DNA from: Candidatus Kerfeldbacteria bacterium
GTDB lineage: Bacteria; Patescibacteriota; Patescibacteriia; SBBC01; CAIJZX01
NCBI GenBank assembly: GCA_963731735.1
Contig: CAVSWO010000001.1
Span: 64,761 to 128,760, forward strand
Reading direction: 5' to 3'
Length of the DNA: 64,000 nt
Every line of letters starts with the position of its first letter. Position 1 is the stretch's first letter. The notes beneath the pieces were generated by a model. That model did not search any database and was not told the DNA's origin. It saw only the letters and a list, made by a program, of their open reading frames with translations. Made by a program: the position numbers and the translations under genes. This document shows, piece by piece, positions 57,168 to 64,000 of the stretch.

Positions 57168-58145
57168 TTAAAATCCCCGTCGCATACCCCGGAAGGCCTG
57201 GCGTTTGCGTTCAGATGAATCTTGGGTATCGCGTAACGCATGTCCGGTCACATTCAAAAATACATCTTCCAGACTCGGTTCATGAATTTCAATCGAACGA
57301 ATTGGAGTTGAGGTGGCTTTAATCATATCCGGTAAACGGGTGGCTGCGTCAGCAATTTCGATCCGTAACGTTTGGCCGTGAATTTTACTCGTCAATTGCA
57401 ATTTCGCCTGCAGTTCAGCCGCCAGACCGGCCGGATCCTGAGTCGTCAAGGTAATCACGTCTCCGCCGACTGCGTCTTTCAGCTTTTCCGGCGTGTCCAG
57501 TCGCACTATTTTTCCATGATCAATAATCCCGATCCGATCGCAGTACTCGGCTTCGTTCATGTAGTGCGTGGTTAAGAAAATTGTCATGTGTTTCTCGCGC
57601 TTGAGTTTCAGAATATAGGTCCATAAATGATTTCGGGTTTGCGGATCCAGGCCGAGCGTCGGTTCGTCCAGAAACAGAATCTTCGGGTAATGCAGCAACC
57701 CGCGGGCGATCTCCAAACGACGTTTCATGCCGCCGGAGAATGTCTCCACCTTGTCTTTCCGCCGGTCCCAAAGCTCGACCAAGTCAAGCACCTCCCGTAA
57801 ACGCTCCGGGTAGACATCCGACGGAACCCGGTAGAGCCGCGCATGCAGCATTAAATTCTCTTCCGCGGTCAATTTTAAATCGAGGGCCGGCTCCTGAAAG
57901 ACCAGGCCGATTGATTGGCGCACTTCGTTCCGGTGTTTCACCACATCAAAACCCGCCAACTGGACGTGCCCGCTGGTCGGTTTGAGGAGTGTACATAAAA
58001 TGCTGATGGTGGTGGTTTTCCCGGCTCCATTCGGACCCAGAAAGCCAAAAATCTCCCCTTCGCTGACCTTGAAGGAAATGCTATCAACGGCCGTAAAGTC
58101 GCCGTAACGCTTGGTCAGTTGCGCCACTTCGATAACGTCGCTCAT
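57168..58145 (-). CDS. ABC transporter ATP-binding protein (DrrA-like)
   Basis: GPNGAGKT, FSGGMKRRLEIARGL, LDEPTLGLD. Confidence 0.93.
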   Translation of the reverse strand: MSDVIEVAQLTKRYGDFTAVDSISFKVSEGEIFGFLGPNGAGKTTTISILCTLLKPTSGHVQLAGFDVVKHRNEVRQSIGLVFQEPALDLKLTAEENLMLHARLYRVPSDVYPERLREVLDLVELWDRRKDKVETFSGGMKRRLEIARGLLHYPKILFLDEPTLGLDPQTRNHLWTYILKLKREKHMTIFLTTHYMNEAEYCDRIGIIDHGKIVRLDTPEKLKDAVGGDVITLTTQDPAGLAAELQAKLQLTSKIHGQTLRIEIADAATRLPDMIKATSTPIRSIEIHEPSLEDVFLNVTGHALRDTQDSSERKRQAFRGMRRGF

Positions 58146-58384
58146 GTTTTGGATTTCTTGAGAACTTCCCGCAAGCCTTCCAGCCGCTGGCTCAAATGGT
58201 CGGCAAACCGCTCGAGTTGTTCAGATTTGGTCAGGGCCAGGATATTCCCGCCCATCCCAAAGACCAGCAATTTATCGCCGGTTTTGAGGCCCAAGGCTTT
58301 CCGGGCCTCGGCCGGCACTACCACTTGTCCTTTTTCACCCAGGGTGGTCGCGCCGAAGAAGTGTTTTTTATGGGAATGTTTCAT
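58142..58384 (-). CDS. AbrB/MazE/SpoVT family DNA-binding protein
   Basis: GATTLGEKGQVVVPAEARKALGLKTGDKLLV. Confidence 0.9.
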   Translation of the reverse strand: MKHSHKKHFFGATTLGEKGQVVVPAEARKALGLKTGDKLLVFGMGGNILALTKSEQLERFADHLSQRLEGLREVLKKSKT

Positions 58385-58397
58385 CGAGTGTGGATAA

Positions 58398-58453
58398 TCC
58401 TACTTGTAAGAATTGTAGGAATTCCAGTATAGCAAGCCGGCCGCGGTTGTCAA
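58398..58453 (-). promoter_or_regulatory. promoter and putative operator of the AbrB-ABC operon
   Basis: TTGACA, 16 nt spacer, TATACT with extended TG; TCCTAC-N11-GTAGGA downstream. Confidence 0.6.
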
Positions 58454-58467
58454 GCCTCCCCTCCGGA

Positions 58468-59073
58468 TTAGTTGCCCGCGAACAACCGGCGAATGATTTG
58501 TCGCACCTGGGGAAGATGTGGTTGCGAGAAGTGCCCACTCCGTTTGGTGACGACAATCTTGGCTCGGGGCCAAGCCCGATGATAGGCCTGCAACTCGGCA
58601 AACGGGACAATTGGGTCATCTTGGCTATGCAGCAGCCAGATTTGGGGTACTTGGTGTGCCACCCGGGACAGCGATCGCGGTAATCTAAAGTCCCCTATCT
58701 CCTCGGTTTGATTGTGTGGCGCGGCAACCAAAATTAATCCCCGTATGCTTTTCCGGAAGGTGGTGGTGGCCAAATATTTTGCGAGAAAAATCCCGCCCAG
58801 AGAGTGACCAATTAAGACCACGCCGGGATGGATATATGGCAGCATCCGCTCAAACCAGATTTTCCATTCACGATAGACCGCATTATTTTTATTGGGCATG
58901 CGCGGTTGCAACACCTCATAGCTGCGTCCCAGATCACTCGCTAAGTTCGTTTTCCAATCTGGATGTGGCAGAAACGTGTCTTTTGAGACTGGCCAGCGTC
59001 GCAAGGCGCGAAGATACCGGGCCGGTGACGCGAATGAATCTCCACCGTGGATTACAACAATTTGATGTTTCAT
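58468..59073 (-). CDS. RBBP9/YdeN-like alpha/beta hydrolase
   Basis: VIHGG, P.MPN, GHSLGG, HSQDDPIVP, GHF; ATG 59073. Confidence 0.88.
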   Translation of the reverse strand: MKHQIVVIHGGDSFASPARYLRALRRWPVSKDTFLPHPDWKTNLASDLGRSYEVLQPRMPNKNNAVYREWKIWFERMLPYIHPGVVLIGHSLGGIFLAKYLATTTFRKSIRGLILVAAPHNQTEEIGDFRLPRSLSRVAHQVPQIWLLHSQDDPIVPFAELQAYHRAWPRAKIVVTKRSGHFSQPHLPQVRQIIRRLFAGN

Positions 59074-59255
59074 AGAGAGATTTGCAATTTCCGATACGGT
59101 TAGTCTACAGGAAAATGCCGGAAAAAGCATTTTCATTTGGCGGCCAGCGGAGTTCCCCGCTCCAACCGATTGAATCAAGGATTGATTGACAATTCCGGCA
59201 CAATTGGCTAGGTTCACAACCTCAATCGAAGGAGCAGCTCTTTCACGGAGGAACT

Positions 59256-59519
59256 ATGACCCGCCAAACGGTTACCCACCGGAAGCGATCGAAAATCAAT
59301 CAGGCCTTCGCTACGGCCGCGATTGACTCCCTCGGTTCCGCTCCCGGGCCGGTGAGTGACGCGATGTTGCTGGGAGATGATTACCTGGTTTTGCTGACCC
59401 GGATCAACCAACTGCTCGGAAATCCGGCCGACCATTTCCACGGCCTGGGCGCCCAATCGACGATTGGCCAAGCCAAGACTTTCTTCATGGCTTTGCACAT
59501 CCCGCTCCCGCCCGTCTAA
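59256..59519 (+). CDS. hypothetical protein (87 aa), stand-alone transcription unit
   Basis: TTGACA-17-TAGGTT promoter (59186-59214), GGAGGA SD, downstream terminator. Confidence 0.65.
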   Translation: MTRQTVTHRKRSKINQAFATAAIDSLGSAPGPVSDAMLLGDDYLVLLTRINQLLGNPADHFHGLGAQSTIGQAKTFFMALHIPLPPV

Positions 59520-59527
59520 CTATGTCT

Positions 59528-59559
59528 GCCCCGGATGCATCAACGCCGGGGCTTTTTTT
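59528..59559 (+). terminator. intrinsic terminator
   Basis: GCCCCGG...CCGGGGC followed by T7. Confidence 0.75.
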
Positions 59560-59660
59560 CTTAGTACCAGTCGGCTTGACGCCCAGGGGAGAATTCTTTA
59601 TAGTCAGCCTTCGTTCATTCAGCGCCTTGTTCACCCCTGGTACAACATGGAGGTTCGCCA

Positions 59661-59813
59661 ATGATTTGGCAGGCATTGCACAACGTTGGCCGCATCTTGG
59701 AGGCCCTGTCACCGCTTTGGATGGTCATGTTTTTCTTCGCGGCTGCCATCGCGATGCTGTATGCCTTACGGCGGTTGGACCGCCTTTTCGGCACCCGCGG
59801 GCACCGCAAGTAA
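59661..59813 (+). CDS. hypothetical 50 aa membrane peptide, stand-alone transcription unit
   Basis: TTGACG-17-TATAGT promoter (59576-59604), GGAGG SD; MIWQALHNVGRILEALSPLWMVMFFFAAAIAMLYALRRLDRLFGTRGHRK. Not in the ORF track. Confidence 0.65.
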   Translation: MIWQALHNVGRILEALSPLWMVMFFFAAAIAMLYALRRLDRLFGTRGHRK

Positions 59814-59827
59814 CCCGCTCCCCTAAT

Positions 59828-59856
59828 CGACCGGACACCCGTCCGGTCGTTTTTTT
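59828..59856 (+). terminator. intrinsic terminator
   Basis: CGACCGGAC-ACCC-GTCCGGTCG followed by T7. Confidence 0.75.
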
Positions 59857-61102
59857 ATCGTTCGTAGGTTACGGCCGCGTCGGAAAAATTCTCCACGCTG
59901 GCGCAGGATTTCCCGGGAAAGGCTTCGGCCGTGATATTCCGGGTAGCCGTCATTTGGACCAGGAAGCAGCCTTGGACATCCGGGTATTTATGCAAGCTGA
60001 TGGGCCCGGTTGGGAGCGTCATCCCATCCCAGTTTTGTCCGTTCACGTACGACCGGTAGTCTACCAGCGTGTATTTGACCAGGCCGGTCTCGAGACTGAC
60101 CTCAGCCGGATTCGGGCTATCTTCTTTTGCCGCGAACTGCTTGGCGCCGCCCGGCCAGTTGCCGATCGACAGGACCCAGGCTGAGGGGTCCAGGTAATCC
60201 GGCGCCAGTGACAAATGTCCCGTCCAGTAATTTCCAGCGGATTCACCCCGAAGACCGTTATACCCGTGGGTACCGGTTTGGAACCAATTGCCGATCAGCC
60301 GCCCGTCCACGTCGTAGTCAATTTTTCCGCTTCGGGGTTCGACTTGGCGGGCGTACTTAGCCAAGGCCAAGGCTTTGGCCTCATCCGTATAGTAATTCAG
60401 CGGATCAGCCGTGTACTGTTTCCAGGCTTCGGCTGAGTAGTCATCCAAATTCACGAACCCGGTCAGTTTATGCTCGGTGTCCCAGACGGCATAATCGAGC
60501 GTTTGCCCGCCGATTTTCCCGATCAGTTGCCCGGCCGTGACCGGCAAATCAATGTTGTTCCCCTGGGCCGCATAGGCCGCTTGAATGTCCGGCGCCAGGC
60601 TGGTAACCAGGTCATAGTAATACAACAGTCGACAGCTGATAGCGAAGACTAAGCGGTAATCGGTCACCGTCTGATCGGCGTAGTCCCCAAATCCGTTATG
60701 CTGCCGAGTGCTGATTCCAACCAAGCGCGCGTCAGCCACGGCGTAGACGTTATACGTATCCGGGGCCGAATTGAAATCGGTTGGGGAAAAATATTGGTGA
60801 TCGATTGGCGTGACATGCGCGCCGACAACCAAGCCATACGGAAGAATCATGGCATAATCTTCTTGATTCATCGGCAAACGCGGAATCAGCGGTTTATCAC
60901 TGCCGACGCAGTGTTGCGCGCTCAATTCTTTCCCGGCCTGATCGGCCGCCAGGATAGCCGGCTGCTTGGTCGTGGCGGTAGCCGGGGTGCCTGATTGGTT
61001 TGTCTGACTGTCCCGGTTTGTTCGGGTCGAGCCGTACCAAACACCCAGCCCGACCAGCAGTACCACGCCGACGGCGGTCAACCAAAGAATAGGATTACGC
61101 AT
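59855..61102 (-). CDS. membrane-anchored hypothetical protein (possible M23-like fold)
   Basis: True start ATG 61102 (MRNPILWL plus TM); the upstream extension in the ORF track crosses the composition junction. Confidence 0.7.
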   Translation of the reverse strand: MRNPILWLTAVGVVLLVGLGVWYGSTRTNRDSQTNQSGTPATATTKQPAILAADQAGKELSAQHCVGSDKPLIPRLPMNQEDYAMILPYGLVVGAHVTPIDHQYFSPTDFNSAPDTYNVYAVADARLVGISTRQHNGFGDYADQTVTDYRLVFAISCRLLYYYDLVTSLAPDIQAAYAAQGNNIDLPVTAGQLIGKIGGQTLDYAVWDTEHKLTGFVNLDDYSAEAWKQYTADPLNYYTDEAKALALAKYARQVEPRSGKIDYDVDGRLIGNWFQTGTHGYNGLRGESAGNYWTGHLSLAPDYLDPSAWVLSIGNWPGGAKQFAAKEDSPNPAEVSLETGLVKYTLVDYRSYVNGQNWDGMTLPTGPISLHKYPDVQGCFLVQMTATRNITAEAFPGKSCASVENFSDAAVTYER

Positions 61103-61164
61103 AGGTTTACTTTTACGTTGTTGGCAGCATGTAATGGAACCGGTGGCGGCAAGGGCGACGAAGC

Positions 61165-62250
61165 TCCACCAAACTCGACGCGGTGCGCGCCGAGCTGGGG
61201 GCCGAGGCGATCCCCGTGGTGCTGGGTGATGGGGACGACGAGGCATCGCTGGGCAGCGCTCGCGGAGCGCACCCACGTGGTGTGCACGACGGTCGGGCCC
61301 TACGCCCGCTACGGCGCCGAGCTGGTCGGCGCGTGCGCCCGCGCCGGCACCGACTACTGCGACCTGTGCGGCGAGACCCAGTTCATCCGGCGCATGATCG
61401 ACGCCCACCACGAGACGCGCGCGCGACAGCGGCGCCCGCATCGTCCACTGCTGCGGCTTCGACTCGATCCCGTCGGACCTCGGCGTCCTGCTCCTGCAGG
61501 AGAGATGACGCGCCTCCACGGCCACCCGGCCGAGCGGGTGACCTCGTTCTTCGGCGAGAGCCGCGGCAAGTTCAGCGGCGGCACGGTCGCCAGCATGCTG
61601 AACGTCGCCGACGAGATCGCGGCGCGACCGGTCGGTGCTGCGCGTCCTCGGCAACCCCTACGCGCTCGATCCCGATCCGCGAGCGCGGCGGCCCCGACAA
61701 GGGCGACGCCAAGGGCATCGGCTACGACGCGGCCTGCACGCGTTCACCGCGCCGTTCGTGATGGCGGCGATCAACACCCGCGTGGTCCGGCGCAGCCACG
61801 CCCTGCTCGGCTACCCGTACGGCGCGCGACTTCCGCTACGACGAGGCGGTGCTCACCGGCGCGGGCCCTTCGGCTGGCCAAGGCCGGCGGGCGTCGGCCG
61901 GCCCCGGCGGCGCATGGCGGCCTGCGCGATCGGACCGCTGCGGCGCGCGGCTGTCGCGCTTCCTGCCCAGCCCGGGCGGGGCCGCGCCGAGGCGCGCGAG
62001 GCGGGCTTCTTCGATATCGCGTTCTTCGCGAGCATCCCGACGACAAGCGCACGAGCCTGCGCGCCCGGGTGACCGGCGACCGCGACCCGGGCTACGGCTC
62101 GACCTCGAAGATGCTCGGCGAGAGCGCGGTGTGCCTGGCGAAGCGACCCGCCGGGGCGGGCGGAGGCTTCTGGACGCCGGCCTCGGCCATGGGCGACGCG
62201 CTGCTCGCGCGTCGCCAAGAACGCGGGCTGACCTTCACGATCATCGGTTC
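61165..62250 (+). pseudogene. saccharopine dehydrogenase-like / trans-acting enoyl reductase, 5'-truncated with many frameshifts
   Basis: VVCTTVGPYARYG, YCDLCGE, CGFDSIPSDLG, SGGTVAS, GDRDPGYGSTSKML scattered over frames. Ends approximate. Confidence 0.75.
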
Positions 62251-62263
62251 AGCCACGCTCAAA

Positions 62264-62357
62264 GGGGGACGTTCCCTCCTCCGTCGCCCAACTCCACTTT
62301 TCGAGCCCGCGGCTTCGCCGCCGGGCTGAGTTGGGCAACAAAGCAGGAACGTCCCCC
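62264..62357. repeat. palindromic REP/MITE-like element
   Basis: GGGGGACGTTCC...GGAACGTCCCCC 12 bp inverted ends with nested stems. Confidence 0.55.
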
Positions 62358-62365
62358 CTGGTTGC

Positions 62366-62761
62366 CTAGGCGTCCTTGAGCTCGATCAGGATCTCGGATA
62401 GGTCTTCTTGCCGACGTTGACGCCCACTCGGTGCCGCCCTTGGGCACCGGCACGGTGTTGCCGCCTCGGCGGGACCACGCCGACGAAGGATCCATGCCGC
62501 TGTCCTTCGGCGGGACGCCCGCCACCAGATCGCCCCGAGAGATCGCCAGGTAGTAGTCGTGCTCGTGGTGGTGGAGGTCCGAGGCCTCGCCGGGCGCGAG
62601 CATCATCTCCCAGATCTGACCCGTTGTCGTCCTCGAAGAGCACGCTGGGTGCCGACGCCGCCGATCGGGTCGCCGGCGTGCTCTTCGCGGAACTTCTCCA
62701 GTCGCTCGCGGATCTCCGGGGTCAGCTCTCCGTACTGGGGCATCGAGAACGGGGCGGGCAT
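62366..62761 (-). pseudogene. small cupin-like protein, frameshifted
   Basis: VGT..LFEDD...WEMMLAPGEASDLHHHEHDY...IELKDA across frames. Confidence 0.6.
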
Positions 62762-62796
62762 GGGTCTCTCCTCTCGCTCGTGCGGGGCGGATTCTA

Positions 62797-64000
62797 TCAG
62801 GACTTCCCGGCCGCGGCCTTCTTGCGCTCGTAGAGCGCCCTGCGCAGGTTCGGGCTGGTGACGCCCTCCGGGATCTCCTCCAGGGGTCGGGCGATGTCCT
62901 CGGGCATCACGGCCACGCGCTCGGCGTCGGGCCGCAGCGCCTCGAGGTCGAAGCCGTAGAGCGCCGCCGCGTTCTCGCCCAGCATCATGCGCACCTCGCG
63001 CTCGGGTCCACCTCGGAGAAGGCCAGGCGCATGTTCTCCCGCGAGTAGGGGTAGCAGCCCTCGTAGTGGGGGTAGTCGTTGCCCCAGAGGATGCGGTCGA
63101 CGCCCACGATCTCGCGGCCCTCGATGTCCGCGGGCGAGGGAAGCTCGCGCCGTACCAGCAGTTGCGCTTGGCGTAGAAGCTGGGCGGCTCCGCGCAGGGT
63201 CTTCGACTTCGAGATACTCGACCTCGCCCATCATGCCCAGTCTTCATGCCCATGTGGATGCCGTCCATGCGGCGCATCAGCCCCGGCGCCCAGGCGCAGC
63301 CCGACTCGGTGAGGATGTAGCGGAGCTTCGGGAAGCGCTCGAAGACGCCGCCCAGGATCAGCTGGCAGTAGCCGCGCTGGACGAAGAAGGGCATCTCCAG
63401 CACCCAGAGCGCCTCGGCGCCCTGGTCGTCGCCGTAGCTCGGGCGAGCCCTGGCCCGAGTGCTGGTTGATCACCAGGTCGCAGTCCTGGATCGCCGCCCA
63501 CAGCCGGTCGTAGTCCGGCGGCGTAGAGCGGCTGCGAGGTGCACGTCGTCGAGGGCGAGGGCAGGGGCAGCAGCACGCCGCCGCGCAGACCGTGCTCGGC
63601 GATCCAGCTGCACGTCCTCGATGGCGTCGTCCACGTCGTTCAGGTGGATCAGGCCGATGCCCGCGCGGCGCGCGGGCTCCTCGGCGCAGAAGTCGGCCAG
63701 CCAGCGGTTGTGGGCGCGCGTGCCCGCGCAGCCAGCGCTCGTACTGCTCGGGCTTCGGCGGCGGCGACACGTGGAAGGCCTTGTCGTAGAAGGGCGGCAC
63801 CGTGTTGGGGAAGATCACCTCGGCCACCACGCCGTCGCTCTCCAGGTCGGCGCGGCGCTCGGCCGAGTCCCAGTTCTTGGTCTTCTTGCCGCCGACGTGC
63901 TTCTTCGACGGGTTGCGGTAGGCGCCGCGCCAGGCGTCGAAGTCGTCGCGGTATTGCGGGTCGAGGTACTCGCGGTAGCTGTCGATGGCGGCGCCGGCGT
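62797..64000 (-). pseudogene. amidohydrolase_2 family protein, frameshifted, 5' end outside window
   Basis: DGVVAEVIFPNT, HNRWLA.FC, GGVFERFPKL...TESG, WGNDYPHYEG across frames. Confidence 0.75.

Noticed and set aside
58142-58384. Toxin-antitoxin module
   Set aside because: The AbrB-fold gene is followed by an ABC ATPase, not a PIN or MazF toxin.
60995-62329. 444 aa (+) and 599 aa (-) ORFs as novel fusion proteins
   Set aside because: They cross the composition junction and mix frames of a frameshifted gene; artefacts.

Overview
Positions 1 to about 61,140 look like chromosomal DNA from a Patescibacteria (CPR) bacterium; this assignment is inferred from the gene set, compact overlaps and promoter style. 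This part carries housekeeping genes (frr, rseP, mreBCD-pbp2, greA, lysS, serS, alr, ftsQ, gltX, priA-like, def, fmt, trxB, HU, ftsEX, lepA, murJ). It also has a pentose/nucleotide cluster (AMP-phosphorylase-like, PfkB, Fba, Rpe, RpiB), three tRNAs, an exopolysaccharide cluster, an unusually long (~630 nt) RNase P RNA, and an AbrB-type regulator with two ABC-2 exporters. Four genes are split by single-base insertions, probably long-read errors. The standout is a ~3.9 kb island at 43.4-47.3 kb, between the DUF4012 gene and murJ. It has a near-consensus sigma70 promoter and a ~760 nt structured leader containing two diverged, covarying copies of a ~180 nt multi-branch motif. Downstream is a string of small ORFans separated by repeated double hairpins with conserved mismatches and boxA-like motifs. 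From about 61,140 the sequence switches abruptly to GC-rich, frameshift-riddled DNA (saccharopine-dehydrogenase-like, cupin, amidohydrolase), most likely a chimeric join to another organism. All calls come from reading the sequence by eye; no database search or folding program was run.
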